Position numbers and translations under genes: made by a program. Below are positions 53,444-63,754 of a stretch of DNA of 64,000 bases, one piece after another. The stretch is from Gammaproteobacteria bacterium (GTDB lineage: Bacteria > Pseudomonadota > Gammaproteobacteria > Steroidobacterales > GCA-2729495), in the NCBI GenBank assembly GCA_032122615.1, contig JAQBGF010000009.1:2015-66014 (forward strand), read 5' to 3'. Each line of letters begins with the position of its first letter. Positions within the stretch are counted from its first letter, which is position 1. The notes under the pieces were generated by a model, which saw only the letters and a list, made by a program, of their open reading frames with translations, did no database searches and was not told where the DNA came from.

Positions 53444-56400
53444 CTAGCCGGCAAACCGCCGCGCGTTGCGGAACAACCGCAGCCACGGCCCGTCGTCGCC
53501 CCAGCCCCGCGGATGCCAGGAGTGCTGCACGGTTCGTTGCACCCGCTCCGGGTGGGGCATCAGGATCGTCACGCGGCCGTCCGCCGAACACAGCCCCGCG
53601 ATGCCGTCCGGTGACCCGTTAGGATTGGCCGGGTAGGTGTCTGCCGGCCGGCCGTGGTTATCCACGTAGCGAATCACCAGCTGCCCGTCGGTCGTGCAAG
53701 CCTGCTGGTGACCGGGCGCAAACGTCGCCAGCCCCTCGCCATGCGATGTGGCAATCAGCAGGCGGCTGCCCGCCATCCCCTCGAGCAGCACCGAACGGGA
53801 CGGCAGAACCTCCACGAGACTGAGCCGCGCCTCGAACTGCTCCGAACGGTTCTGGCGGAAGCGCGGCCAATGCGCGGCGCCAGGAATCAGTTCCGCCAGC
53901 ACCGACAGCATCTGGCAACCGTTACAGACGCCGAGCGTAAATGTTTCCTCGCGGGCAAAGAACGCCGCGAACTCGTCGCGGGCGCGCGGGTTGTACAGAA
54001 TGGACCGGGCCCAGCCCCCGCCGGCGCCCAGCACGTCGCCGTAGGAAAAGCCGCCGCAGGCCGCGAGCCCGGCAAATTCGCGCAGCGAGCGCCTTCCTGA
54101 CAACACGTCCGTCATGTGCACATCCACGGCGTCGAAGCCGGCCCGACCGAAGACCGCGGCCATTTCGAGCTGGCTGTTGACGCCCTGCTCCCGCAGGATC
54201 GCCACGCGCGGCCGACGCTTTGTCGCAATGTGTACGGCAGGATCCTCGGCGGAATCGAAAGTCAGCACCGGCGAAAGCCCCGGATCGCCCGGATCCAGAA
54301 GTGTTTGCCACGCTTCAGCCGCCGCGTCCGGATTGTCACGCAGCGCCTGCATCCGGTAGGACAATTCTGACCAGCTGCGCAGCAGTTCCGTGCGGGAACT
54401 GGCGAACAGCGGTTTGCTGGCCGCGGAGATCGAGATCTCGTCGGCGCCGGTGACGTCTGCCACGCGACGCACCAGCGAGCCGAGTCCATGGCGACCGAAC
54501 ACCGTCTTCAGGCCATCCACATCCTCGTCGCGCACCTGAATGACGGCGCCCAGCTCCTCGGCAAAGAGCGCTCCCAGCTGCTCCTCCCGTGTACCGGCCA
54601 CCAACCGCACATCGAGGCCGGCGCGGCCGGCGAAGGCCATCTCGCACAGCGTGACGAACAGGCCGCCATCGCTGCGATCGTGATAGGCCAGCAGCAGACC
54701 GGCCGCGCGCAATTCCTGGATGGCGGCGAAAAAAGCGCCCAAGGAGGCCGCATCGCAATCGGGTGGCAATCCGCCGGTGCGAATGAAGGCCTGGGCCAGG
54801 CACGACCCGCCCAGCCGGTTGCGACCGGCGCCAAGGTCGATCAGCCAAAGCCCGGTGCCCGCCTCGCGCCGGAGTTCGGGCGTGAGCGTACGACGCACGT
54901 CGTCGACCGGGGCAAAGGCCGTCACGACCAGCGATACCGGCGCCACCACGGCGCGCGCTGTTCCACGGGACTGCCAGCGGGTCTGCATCGACAGGGAGTC
55001 CTTGCCGACGGGGATGGCAATGGCCAGTTCGCGGCACAGCGCACTGACGGCCGACACCGTGTCATAGAGGCGTTCGTCCTCGCCGGGCGCCCCGGCGGCG
55101 GCCATCCAGTTGGCCGAGAGCCGCACATCAGCAATATTCACCACTGATGCTGCCGCGATATTCGTCAGAGCTTCACCAACAGCGAGGCGCCCGGAGGCCG
55201 GCGCATCCAGCAGGGCCACCGGCGATCGCTCGCCAATCGCCATCGCTTCGCCGATGAAGGTCTCGAAACCAAGAGCGGTCACGCCGACATCGCTGACCGG
55301 CACCTGCCAAGGTCCGACGAGTTGATCGCGAGCCACCAGGCCGCCAACGGTCCGGTCACCGATATGTATCAAAAAGGACTTGTCGGCCACAGCGGGCAGC
55401 CGCAGTACCCGCAGGCACGCCTCAGCGATGTCGATGCCGGCCAGATCCAGCGGTGCGCGCTCCCGCGGCTGGCGCCGGACATTGCGCACCATCTGCGGCG
55501 CTTTGCCGAGGAGTGTCGAAAGCGGCATGTCCACCGGCAGCTCGCCCGAGTGCCGGTCGGTCACGACCAGCCGTCGCGTGTCGTCCAGCGCCCCGAGCAC
55601 GGCACAGGGGCAGCGCTCCCGGGCACACACCGCCTCAAACCAGGCGAGGTCCGCCGGCGCGATCGCCAGCACGTAGCGTTCCTGGGCTTCGTTGCACCAG
55701 ATTTCCAGCGGCGACATGCCGGAGTCTGCGCTGGGAATATCCCGCAATTCGAACCGTCCGCCGCGGCGACCGTGATCCACGAGTTCCGGCACCGCGTTGG
55801 ACAGTCCACCGGCGCCAACGTCATGCAACATCAGGATCGGATTCGGCCGGCCGGCGGTGGCCGCGAGCGCCCGGCAGGCCTCGATGACCTGCTGCGCGCG
55901 CCGTTCGATCTCGGGATTGCCCCGCTGGACGGAGGCGAAATCGAGGTCGGCAGAACTCGTGCCACTGCCCACCGACGACGCTGCTCCGCCGCCGAGCCCG
56001 ATCAGCATGGCCGGGCCACCGAGCACGATGAGCAGGGAGCCAACCGGCGGATCGTCCTTTTCAACATCCGGCGCCGAGATATTGCCCAGGCCACCAGCCA
56101 GCATGATGGGCTTGTGATAGCCGCGGGCCACGCTGGTATCACGCGGATCCGCCTGTTCGAAGCTGCGAAAGTACCCGGCAATGTTCGGGCGACCGAATTC
56201 ATTATTGAAGGACGCCGCGCCGATCGGCCCCTCGAGCATAATCTGCAGCGCGCTGGCAATGCGTTCCGGCCGCCCAATGGCGGCTGCCGGCAATTCCCAG
56301 GGTTGCTCCCACCCCGGCAGCGCCAGGTTCGACACCGTAAAGCCGGTAAGCCCCGCCTTGGGCCGGCCACCGCGACCGGTCGCACCCTCGTCACGCAATT

Positions 56401-57373
56401 CCCCGCCGGAGCCGGTGGCGGCACCCGGAAATGGCGAGATTGCGGTCGGGTGGTTGTGGGTTTCGACCTTCATCAGGGTGTGCAGCGGCGCCACGCTCGC
56501 GGTGTACGCACCGGTCGCCGGGTCGACGTGCAGGTGGCTGACCACCGCCCCCTCGATGACAGCCGCATTGTCCCGGTAGGCGCTCAGCACGCCGCGCGGA
56601 TTGGTGGCATGCGTCGAGCGGATCATGTCGAACAGGCTCTGTGGCTGGTCCTTGCCGTCGATTGTCCAGCGCGCGTTGAAGATCTTGTGCCGGCAGTGCT
56701 CGGAGTTCGCCTGCGCGAACATCATGAGCTCGGCGTCGGTCGGGTCGCGCTGCTCCGCGCCGAATTTTTCGGCGAGATAGCGAATCTCGTCGGCTGACAG
56801 CGCAAGGCCAAGCTCGGCGTTGGCCTGCTCCAGCGCCGCGGCGCCCTCGCGCAGCAGCGGCACCCGGCGCAGGGATCGCGGCGGTTCAACAGCGAAGATC
56901 GTGGCCGCGAGCGCCTCGTCCGCCACCGTGCCCCCTATGACGCTCTGGGTCATCCGGTCATGGAGCAGCGGCACGAGGCTGGTCTGTTCTGCGCCAGTCA
57001 ACGTCCGGCCGGCGGCCAAACTGAAGCGCACGCCCCGCTCGACGCGGCGGACGCCACCAAGACCGCAGCTTCGGGCGATGTCGGTGGCCTTGCTTGACCA
57101 GGGTGAAATCGTTCCGGTCCGGGGCACAACGAGGAGTCGGGAATCCGGTAGTTCCGGAGCCGGTGCAGCGCCGTCCTCGAGCAGGTTGCGCAGTGTCTGC
57201 TCGGCTTGCGGCGTGAGAGTCCCGGTGAGTTCCACGAGGTAGACGAAGCCGGCGGCTACGCCCGTGACAGCGGGCAGGCGCGCCCGGATATCGCTCAGAA
57301 GTTTTGCCAGTCGAAAGTCGGAAAGCGCGGCGCCGCCGGCCCAAACAAGCGGTGAGACGAGTGGCGCCGTCAC
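53444..57373 (-). CDS. purL: phosphoribosylformylglycinamidine synthase (large single-chain PurL)
   Basis: 1309 aa. [11 protein letters not shown]-domain, FGAM synthetase core, and a C-terminal glutaminase (GVCNGCQM). GTG start at 57373. Confidence 0.97.
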   Translation of the reverse strand: MTAPLVSPLVWAGGAALSDFRLAKLLSDIRARLPAVTGVAAGFVYLVELTGTLTPQAEQTLRNLLEDGAAPAPELPDSRLLVVPRTGTISPWSSKATDIARSCGLGGVRRVERGVRFSLAAGRTLTGAEQTSLVPLLHDRMTQSVIGGTVADEALAATIFAVEPPRSLRRVPLLREGAAALEQANAELGLALSADEIRYLAEKFGAEQRDPTDAELMMFAQANSEHCRHKIFNARWTIDGKDQPQSLFDMIRSTHATNPRGVLSAYRDNAAVIEGAVVSHLHVDPATGAYTASVAPLHTLMKVETHNHPTAISPFPGAATGSGGELRDEGATGRGGRPKAGLTGFTVSNLALPGWEQPWELPAAAIGRPERIASALQIMLEGPIGAASFNNEFGRPNIAGYFRSFEQADPRDTSVARGYHKPIMLAGGLGNISAPDVEKDDPPVGSLLIVLGGPAMLIGLGGGAASSVGSGTSSADLDFASVQRGNPEIERRAQQVIEACRALAATAGRPNPILMLHDVGAGGLSNAVPELVDHGRRGGRFELRDIPSADSGMSPLEIWCNEAQERYVLAIAPADLAWFEAVCARERCPCAVLGALDDTRRLVVTDRHSGELPVDMPLSTLLGKAPQMVRNVRRQPRERAPLDLAGIDIAEACLRVLRLPAVADKSFLIHIGDRTVGGLVARDQLVGPWQVPVSDVGVTALGFETFIGEAMAIGERSPVALLDAPASGRLAVGEALTNIAAASVVNIADVRLSANWMAAAGAPGEDERLYDTVSAVSALCRELAIAIPVGKDSLSMQTRWQSRGTARAVVAPVSLVVTAFAPVDDVRRTLTPELRREAGTGLWLIDLGAGRNRLGGSCLAQAFIRTGGLPPDCDAASLGAFFAAIQELRAAGLLLAYHDRSDGGLFVTLCEMAFAGRAGLDVRLVAGTREEQLGALFAEELGAVIQVRDEDVDGLKTVFGRHGLGSLVRRVADVTGADEISISAASKPLFASSRTELLRSWSELSYRMQALRDNPDAAAEAWQTLLDPGDPGLSPVLTFDSAEDPAVHIATKRRPRVAILREQGVNSQLEMAAVFGRAGFDAVDVHMTDVLSGRRSLREFAGLAACGGFSYGDVLGAGGGWARSILYNPRARDEFAAFFAREETFTLGVCNGCQMLSVLAELIPGAAHWPRFRQNRSEQFEARLSLVEVLPSRSVLLEGMAGSRLLIATSHGEGLATFAPGHQQACTTDGQLVIRYVDNHGRPADTYPANPNGSPDGIAGLCSADGRVTILMPHPERVQRTVQHSWHPRGWGDDGPWLRLFRNARRFAG

Positions 57374-57711
57374 TTGCCCATATCGCCGGAACCACCCGGC
57401 GTGTAAATAGGGCCCGGAAACTGCGTGACGTTGCCACCCTCGACAGGCGTGATCTTGCTGACCCCCTGCTTCTCGACTTCGTCGATGCGCAGGATCGAGT
57501 GCATGGGCAGGAAGGTGCGCCGCACGCCGGCGAACTCCGTTTTGATCCGTTCCTCAGCGGGATCCACCACCACGCTGCTGCGCTCGCCGAACACGAGCCG
57601 CTCAACCTCGATGAAGCCGAATAGCGTGCCCTGCGTCACACTTCGGGCGTAGATCTCATAGATCTTGCCCTGGTTGACGAACGAGATTTTGTAAAGGTGT
57701 CTGGCGGACAT
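57370..57711 (-). CDS. DUF1820-like small conserved protein
   Basis: 113 aa, [19 protein letters not shown]...[51 protein letters not shown]. Its stop overlaps the purL GTG as GTGA. The family name is from memory. Confidence 0.7.
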   Translation of the reverse strand: MSARHLYKISFVNQGKIYEIYARSVTQGTLFGFIEVERLVFGERSSVVVDPAEERIKTEFAGVRRTFLPMHSILRIDEVEKQGVSKITPVEGGNVTQFPGPIYTPGGSGDMGK

Positions 57712-57834
57712 GCGGGCATCGGATCGGGGGCGCGCAGTATAACCCAGCGCCTTCCAGGCCGGGCCGAACTGTGACCCGACGCGTATTTCGGCTTGGGCTG
57801 ATCAGCCATCATTCCCGCTGGGTAAGGGACTTCC

Positions 57835-59040
57835 ATGCCTCTGCGCCTTCGCGTTACCAGTGACAGCAAGGAGCTGCCGCGCAATGAGCGCGTGCGGGAG
57901 TTCCCGGCCGTGGGCGGCACAATTGGCCGTAGCCCGGACAATGACTGGGTGCTCCCCGACGACAGCCGGTATGTTTCCAGCCGCCACGCCATGATCGATT
58001 ACCAGGGTGGCGCCTACTATCTGGTTGACACCAGCCGGAACGGCGTCTACGTGAACGGCGCCGACACACCGGTTGGCAAGGGGCATCCACAGCGCCTTTT
58101 CGATGGCGACCAGCTTTGGATTGGCGAATTCCGGATTGCGGTGGACATCAGCGCCGGCGACGAGGAAGAGCGCAACGACGACGGTATGCGCGACTCGGTC
58201 GTGCGCGCGCAGCTGGTGCCCGAAGACGAATCCGTGGAACTGCAGCTCGTCGCCGAAGACAAGCTGACCCATGACTCAGCGCTGGAACGTCATCTTTCTC
58301 CCGCCGGGTCAGCAGTCGACCGGAGCAAGGCTGTCACCGCCCGCCCGGTCGGCGTAGCCAGCAGGACGAAGAAGGCGGCCCCGGCTCAACCCGCTCCGGC
58401 GCCGGCCGCAGCACCTCCTGCGAGTCATGGCGAGCCCGAACAACGCGCCCTGACCCTGTTTCTGAAAGCCGCGGGCATCCGGCCCGATGCCATCGCCGGC
58501 CACACCGCCGCCGAGGTGCTGCAGGGATCCGGCAAGCTGCTGCGAGTGATGGTCAGCGGACTCATGGATCTGCTGCGGGAACGTAGCCACATGAAGGACA
58601 CCTTTCGGCTACCCCAGACCACGATGAAGTCGGCCCAAAACAATCCCCTGAATTTCTCGCCCAGCGTCGATGAAGCCTTGCGCTACCTCCTGAATGATCG
58701 TGGTGAGGGCGCTTACCTCAGCGCCGAGGATGCGGTGCGCGGCGGCCTGCGTGATGTGCGCCAGCACGAACAGGCGCTGGTCAAGGCCATGCTTCAGGCG
58801 GTGCAGGACTATGTGGAGCGCTTTGATCCCGAAGAACTCAAGAGCCGCTTCGACAAAGGACTGAAACGCGGTGGCCTGCTCTCCGGGGCCAACAAGCTCA
58901 AGTACTGGGAGCTTTACGAGGAAAGCTACCCGGCCCTTACCCAGCGCGACGAAGGCGGCTCGCCCCAGCTGTTCGCCGAGGAGTTCGCCCGCGCTTACTT
59001 GCAGGAAATCGACAGCCCCAAGTCAGGTCGCGGCCGCTAG
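57835..59040 (+). CDS. FHA-domain protein with TagH-like architecture (T6SS-associated FHA family), orphan
   Basis: FHA: TIGRSPDNDWVLPDDSRYVSSRHAMIDYQGGAYYLVDTSRNGVYVNG. An Ala/Pro linker follows, then a ~200-aa C-domain containing AQNNPLNFSPSVDEALRYLL. The TagH C-domain resemblance is from memory. Confidence 0.7.
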   Translation: MPLRLRVTSDSKELPRNERVREFPAVGGTIGRSPDNDWVLPDDSRYVSSRHAMIDYQGGAYYLVDTSRNGVYVNGADTPVGKGHPQRLFDGDQLWIGEFRIAVDISAGDEEERNDDGMRDSVVRAQLVPEDESVELQLVAEDKLTHDSALERHLSPAGSAVDRSKAVTARPVGVASRTKKAAPAQPAPAPAAAPPASHGEPEQRALTLFLKAAGIRPDAIAGHTAAEVLQGSGKLLRVMVSGLMDLLRERSHMKDTFRLPQTTMKSAQNNPLNFSPSVDEALRYLLNDRGEGAYLSAEDAVRGGLRDVRQHEQALVKAMLQAVQDYVERFDPEELKSRFDKGLKRGGLLSGANKLKYWELYEESYPALTQRDEGGSPQLFAEEFARAYLQEIDSPKSGRGR

Positions 59041-59114
59041 CCCGCGCGGACCTCCGCACTTTCCCGGATACCCGGCCATGCTGCCGCCCGGCATGCTTGG
59101 CTTTATTGAGCCTG

Positions 59115-59143
59115 TTTAAATGACAATGATTCTCATTTACTAT
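59115..59143 (+). promoter_or_regulatory. candidate feoA promoter (-35 TTTAAA, 17-nt spacer, -10 TACTAT)
   Basis: Hexamers lie at 59115-59120 and 59138-59143. The -10 ends 6 nt before the feoA ATG. Confidence 0.45.
59121..59135. promoter_or_regulatory. Fur box (7-1-7: TGACAAT-G-ATTCTCA)
   Basis: Matches TGATAAT-N-ATTATCA at 12 of 14 arm positions. It fills the promoter spacer immediately upstream of feoA. Confidence 0.7.
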
Positions 59144-59149
59144 TAGCCG

Positions 59150-59377
59150 ATGACGCTGGATGAACTGAAAATCGGCCAGGCCGGGACGATCACGGGCATC
59201 GAGGGAGAGGGCCCCGTGGTGCAGCGCCTGATGGCCCTCGGCCTGCTGGCTGGGTCGCCGATCCGGATCACGCGGCGGGCCATAGGCGGCGACCCGATCG
59301 AAGTCGCGATCATGGACTACGCGCTGTCGCTGCGACGCGAGGAAGCCCGCCGGGTCCGGGTCGTGCGCGAGACATGA
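59150..59377 (+). CDS. feoA: ferrous iron transport protein A
   Basis: 75 aa, LDELKIGQAGTITGIEGEGPVVQRLMALGLLAGSPIRI (FeoA SH3-like). Confidence 0.9.
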   Translation: MTLDELKIGQAGTITGIEGEGPVVQRLMALGLLAGSPIRITRRAIGGDPIEVAIMDYALSLRREEARRVRVVRET

Positions 59378-61545
59378 CCGCACCGCGACAGCCCCCCGCC
59401 ACTATCATCGCCCTGATCGGCAACCCCAATACCGGCAAGAGCACTCTGTTCAATGCCCTGACCGGACTCCGCCAGAAGACGGCCAACTACCCCGGCGTCA
59501 CGGTCGAACGACACACCGGCGAGATCAATGTCGGCGGCCAGGCGGTAACCCTGGTCGATCTTCCCGGTGCCTACTCACTGGCTGCCCAGTCCCCCGACGA
59601 GATGGTGGCGATCGATGTGCTGCTCGGGCACGTCACCGATCTGCCGCGACCGCGGGCCGTGCTCGCCGTCGTTGATGCCACCAACCTCCGGCGCAATCTC
59701 TTCCTCGTGACGCAACTTGCCGAGCTCGACCTGCCGCTCGTCATCGCACTGAACCTCTCGGACATGGCCGAGAGCCGCGGCATACACATCGACGCGGCGG
59801 AACTGGCGAGCCAGCTCGGCGCCACGGTGGTACCCGTATCCGCCAGCAGGGGTACCGGCATCGAGGCGCTGCGAACGGCGCTCGCTGCCGCGATCACGGG
59901 CCCTGCCAATACCCCGCTGTGCGTGCTTCCCGAGGTCTGTGCCGCTGCTGCCGACCTCGGCAAACGAGTGCGGGATGCCGGCTTGCACCTCCAGGACTAC
60001 GAAGTGGAACGCGCGCTCATTGACGCGCAGGGCATTGCGGAGCGGCGCTTCGAAATGACGGCAGGCGACGAGTTCAGCGCGGAACTTTCAAAGCTGCGCA
60101 GCCGGCTCGGTGCCGGCGTGCCGCTGGCGGAAGCCGAAGCGACGGCCCGCTACGGCCTGATTAACGCCATCGTCGCGCGCACCGAACAGCGGGCGCTGCG
60201 GCAAATTACTTTTGGCGATCGTCTCGACCACATCACCAACCACCCTGTCATCGGCTCCGTGCTGTTCCTGCTGGTGATGGCGGCCGTGTTCCAGGCGGTG
60301 TTTTCCTGGGCGACGCCCCTGATGAACCTGATCGACGCCGGCACCGCCGCGCTTGGCGAATCGGTTCGCGCTCTGCTGCCCGACGGCGCCCTGGAAAGCC
60401 TGATAGTGGACGGCGTGATCGCCGGGGTCGGCGGCGTCATCGTCTTCCTGCCGCAGATCCTCATTCTGTTTGCCTTCATCATTTTTCTTGAAGACTCAGG
60501 CTACATGCCGCGCGTGGCCTTCATGGTCGACCGTTTGATGCGCACCGTCGGGCTGTCCGGCCAGTCCTTTATACCGATGCTGTCGAGTTTCGCGTGCGCG
60601 GTTCCCGGCATCATGGCGACGCGGGTAATCCCTGATCGCCGTGATCGCCTGGCCACGATCCTCGCCGCGCCATTCATGACCTGCTCGGCACGCCTGCCGA
60701 TTTACGCCCTGCTGATCGGCGCCTTCGTCCCGGTACGGCATTACCTCGGCGGCCTCATAAACCTGCACGGCATCGTACTGCTCGGCCTCTATCTCCTCGG
60801 CATTCTCGGCGGCGTGCTCACGGCCCTGCTGATGAAGCGCACGTTCCTGCGCGGCCCCACGCCGACCTTCATGATCGAACTGCCCCCCTACCGCCTGCCC
60901 AACTGGCGTTCGCTGCTGCTCAAGCTGGCCGAACGGGGCCGAATTTTTCTCGTGCGGGCAGGTACCGTGATCTTCACGGTGGCCGTCCTGGTCTGGGCCC
61001 TCGCGTATTTCCCCCGGCCTGCCGAAATCGGCAACAGCTACGCCGGGGAACGGGAAGCGCTTGAAATCAGCGCGGTACCCGATCGGGAGCGCACCGCCCG
61101 CCTTTCCGCCCTCGATGCCGCGGAAGCCACCGCCTACCTGGAGCAGAGCTGGCTGGGCCGCCTCGGCCAGCTCGTCGCCCCCGCGTTCGCGCCGCTGGGC
61201 TGGGACTGGAAGGTATCGGCCGCAGTAATCGCGAGCTTCCCGGCGCGGGAGGTCGTGATCGCCGTGCTCGGCACGATCTACTCGGTGGGCGATCAGGGCG
61301 ACAACGTGGAAGGAGCCCTGCGCGAGCGCTTGCAGACCGCGTCCCGCCCCGACGGCACACTGGTGTACACGGTGCCGATGGCGGTCGGGTTACTGATCTT
61401 CTACGCCTTTTGCCTGCAGTGTGCGGCGACGATTGCGGTGATCCGGCGTGAAACCAATACCTGGCGCTGGCCCGTTTTCGCGTGGGTCTACATGACCGGG
61501 CTCGGCTATCTCGGGGCTATGCTCGCCTTCCAGTTGGGCAGCTGA
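59374..61545 (+). CDS. feoB: ferrous iron transporter B
   Basis: 723 aa. N-terminal G-domain IALIGNPNTGKSTLFNALTG...DLPG, followed by a polytopic membrane domain. ATGA overlap with feoA. Confidence 0.96.
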   Translation: MTAPRQPPATIIALIGNPNTGKSTLFNALTGLRQKTANYPGVTVERHTGEINVGGQAVTLVDLPGAYSLAAQSPDEMVAIDVLLGHVTDLPRPRAVLAVVDATNLRRNLFLVTQLAELDLPLVIALNLSDMAESRGIHIDAAELASQLGATVVPVSASRGTGIEALRTALAAAITGPANTPLCVLPEVCAAAADLGKRVRDAGLHLQDYEVERALIDAQGIAERRFEMTAGDEFSAELSKLRSRLGAGVPLAEAEATARYGLINAIVARTEQRALRQITFGDRLDHITNHPVIGSVLFLLVMAAVFQAVFSWATPLMNLIDAGTAALGESVRALLPDGALESLIVDGVIAGVGGVIVFLPQILILFAFIIFLEDSGYMPRVAFMVDRLMRTVGLSGQSFIPMLSSFACAVPGIMATRVIPDRRDRLATILAAPFMTCSARLPIYALLIGAFVPVRHYLGGLINLHGIVLLGLYLLGILGGVLTALLMKRTFLRGPTPTFMIELPPYRLPNWRSLLLKLAERGRIFLVRAGTVIFTVAVLVWALAYFPRPAEIGNSYAGEREALEISAVPDRERTARLSALDAAEATAYLEQSWLGRLGQLVAPAFAPLGWDWKVSAAVIASFPAREVVIAVLGTIYSVGDQGDNVEGALRERLQTASRPDGTLVYTVPMAVGLLIFYAFCLQCAATIAVIRRETNTWRWPVFAWVYMTGLGYLGAMLAFQLGS

Positions 61546-61555
61546 GGGCGCGACG

Positions 61556-61738
61556 GTGCCAGGCATTCAGGAAATCATCGCGCTCGGGATTGTGGCACTG
61601 GTCGTCGGCTTGTACGTTCGCCGCCGCTGGTCGCGCGGAAAATCCACGCGCAGATCAGGCGACTGCGGCGACTGCGCCTCGTCCGCGCCGCCAGCGAAAG
61701 AGTCCCCCGTGCGTTTCTATCGCCGGCAATCGAAGTAG
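61556..61738 (+). CDS. FeoB-associated Cys-rich small membrane protein
   Basis: 60 aa. One TM (IIALGIVALVVGLYV), a basic stretch, then GDCGDC. It starts 10 nt after feoB. Confidence 0.55.
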   Translation: MPGIQEIIALGIVALVVGLYVRRRWSRGKSTRRSGDCGDCASSAPPAKESPVRFYRRQSK

Positions 61739-61768
61739 CGCCGCAAACGCTCGCCCGGTGCCCCCTGC

Positions 61769-62233
61769 TCAGGCCCGGATGTAGCCGAGCGGCAACTCCG
61801 TGGTGGACTTGATGCATTCCAGGGCAAAGCTGGCGCTGACATCCGTCAGCCCGCCAACCCGAATCAGCTGCTTGTAGACGTTGTCGTAGGCCGCGATATC
61901 GGGAATGGCGAGCCGCAAGAGGTAATCAACGTCACCGCTCATGCGGTGAAACTCGACGACTTCGGGTATGGCCCGCACGACCGAACTGAAGCTTTCGAAC
62001 CATTCGACGTCGTGCCGGTTGGTTTTAAGGTGCACGAACACGGTGGTGCCCACGTTCAGTTTGTCGGGATCAAGCAGGGTGACCCGTCGACGAATATAGC
62101 CCTCGGCTTCCAGCGCCCGGATGCGCCGCCAGCAGGGTCCCCGAGACAGATGAACCGCCTCGGCGATATCCGCCACGGACTGCCCGGCATCCCGCTGCAA
62201 CAGCTCCAGAATGGCGAGATCGATCCTGTCCAT
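61769..62233 (-). CDS. Lrp/AsnC-family transcriptional regulator
   Basis: I start at ATG 62233: MDRIDLAILELLQRDAGQSVADIAEAVHLSRGPCWRRIRALEAEGYI, plus a RAM/ACT-like C-domain. Confidence 0.88.
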   Translation of the reverse strand: MDRIDLAILELLQRDAGQSVADIAEAVHLSRGPCWRRIRALEAEGYIRRRVTLLDPDKLNVGTTVFVHLKTNRHDVEWFESFSSVVRAIPEVVEFHRMSGDVDYLLRLAIPDIAAYDNVYKQLIRVGGLTDVSASFALECIKSTTELPLGYIRA

Positions 62234-62345
62234 GACTACTTGTACTCTGTATTGCCGGATCGGCGATACATTTGTTTCACAATCTAACCATAAATGCAAA
62301 TACTTAAGCAGAATGAACCCGACTTCCACGCTAACCTTCTATTAC

Positions 62346-62633
62346 ATGAAGTCCCTCTTAAGCCTGTTCACGGAACACCCGGCATCGGTGGGCGAAACCT
62401 ACGGCCAGCACCTGGTAAGCGCCACGGGTTTCTCGTTGCGAATGATTGGCGCAGGATTCGCCTGCCTGATCCACGCCCTGCTCCCCTTCCTGTTTGTCCG
62501 CGTCGGCAGCAATGCCATCGGCAAGCTGCATGATCGGATGATCCTGAATCGCGCCCGCCGACCACTTGCCAGCCCCCCTGCCAGCGCACCGAGTACCTAC
62601 CGCACCAACTCCAAAGCCCTGCCCACGTCCTAG
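62346..62633 (+). CDS. small membrane protein, DUF6356-like
   Basis: MKSLLSLFTEHPASVGETYGQHLVSATGFSLRMIGAGFACLIHALLPFLF. ATG 62313 is an alternative start. The family name is from memory. Confidence 0.55.
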   Translation: MKSLLSLFTEHPASVGETYGQHLVSATGFSLRMIGAGFACLIHALLPFLFVRVGSNAIGKLHDRMILNRARRPLASPPASAPSTYRTNSKALPTS

Positions 62634-62649
62634 GCCCCTGAGCGCACCG

Positions 62650-63741
62650 GTGGCGTCCACACACTCGCCAAGCTCGTGGCCGTCGATAATTCCGGGCCTC
62701 GTCGCTGCCACCGCAATTGCCGCGTTTACTCTGTTTTTTGCCGACTGGCTCGGCAGCGGCCTGTTCAACCTGGGCAAGAGTCCCGTCAGTCCCGTCATGC
62801 TCGCGGTGCTGGCTGGCGTGCTCATCCGGAACACCGTCGGTGTCGACGCACGACTTGAACGCGGTGTGGCCGTCGCGTCTAGCGCGGTGCTCCGCATCGG
62901 TCTCGCACTCGTGGGATTGCGTCTCAGCATTAGCGGGCTCGGCAAGCTGGGCGTGCAGGCCCTGCCGGTTGTGGCCGGCTGCATGCTCACCGGATGGCTG
63001 GTACTGCCGCGCCTGGCCCGGGCCATGAAGCTTAAGGGTCCCCTCGTCACACTGCTCACCGTCGGAACGACCATTTGCGGTTGCACCGCCATTCTGGCGG
63101 TGGCGCCGGCGATTCGTGCCCGGGCCGAAGAAACTGGCTACGCGATCACCCTGGTGGTCTGCGTTGGACTGGTTGGCATGCTGCTGTACCCGTTTATCGC
63201 CAACGGCCTGTTTGGCGATGACCCCATTGCCGCGGGCATCTTCCTTGGCGCGTCGATCCACGACACCTCCCAGGTCATGGGGGCCGCGCTGGTCTACAGT
63301 GGCCAGTACCTGGCCCCCGAAGCCCTGGAGGCGGCAACCGTCACCAAGTTGCTGCGCAATCTCACGCTGCTGGCGGTCGTGCCCATCCTTGCGGCAACGT
63401 TTGCGAACCGGCCCACGAGTCAAGGCGGCACCGTGGAAACCCGCCGAGCCAGCCTGCTGCCAGCTTTCGTGATTGCCTTTGTCGGCATGGCCGTCGTCCG
63501 TACGCTCGGCGATCTGGCCAGCCCCGCACTGCCGGATTTCGGTCGGATGCTGTGGGCACCCGGCCTGCTGCTGGCAAACCAGATGTCAGAACTGCTACTG
63601 ACTGTCGGGATGGCCGCCGTCGGCCTCACCGTCGAGCTCGGCGGCATCCGTCGCGTCGGCCCGCGCCCGCTCGCTGCCGGCGTGCTGGCGGCGGCGATAA
63701 TGGCAGTGGTCTGCGTGATTCTCTTAAAGACCCTGCGCTAG
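62650..63741 (+). CDS. YeiH/UPF0324-family putative sulfate-exporter-type membrane protein
   Basis: Polytopic: IIPGLVATAIAAFTLFFADWL...SPVMLAVLAGVLIRN...TICGCTAI...GASIHDTSQV. I chose GTG 62650 to avoid overlap with the preceding ORF. Confidence 0.75.
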   Translation: MASTHSPSSWPSIIPGLVAATAIAAFTLFFADWLGSGLFNLGKSPVSPVMLAVLAGVLIRNTVGVDARLERGVAVASSAVLRIGLALVGLRLSISGLGKLGVQALPVVAGCMLTGWLVLPRLARAMKLKGPLVTLLTVGTTICGCTAILAVAPAIRARAEETGYAITLVVCVGLVGMLLYPFIANGLFGDDPIAAGIFLGASIHDTSQVMGAALVYSGQYLAPEALEAATVTKLLRNLTLLAVVPILAATFANRPTSQGGTVETRRASLLPAFVIAFVGMAVVRTLGDLASPALPDFGRMLWAPGLLLANQMSELLLTVGMAAVGLTVELGGIRRVGPRPLAAGVLAAAIMAVVCVILLKTLR

Positions 63742-63754
63742 CCAGCAACCCCGC

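Noticed and set aside
62368-63423. 351-aa minus-strand ORF
   Set aside because: It is antisense to the YeiH-family membrane protein, whose hydrophobic periodicity is convincing. This frame is Arg/Gly-rich.
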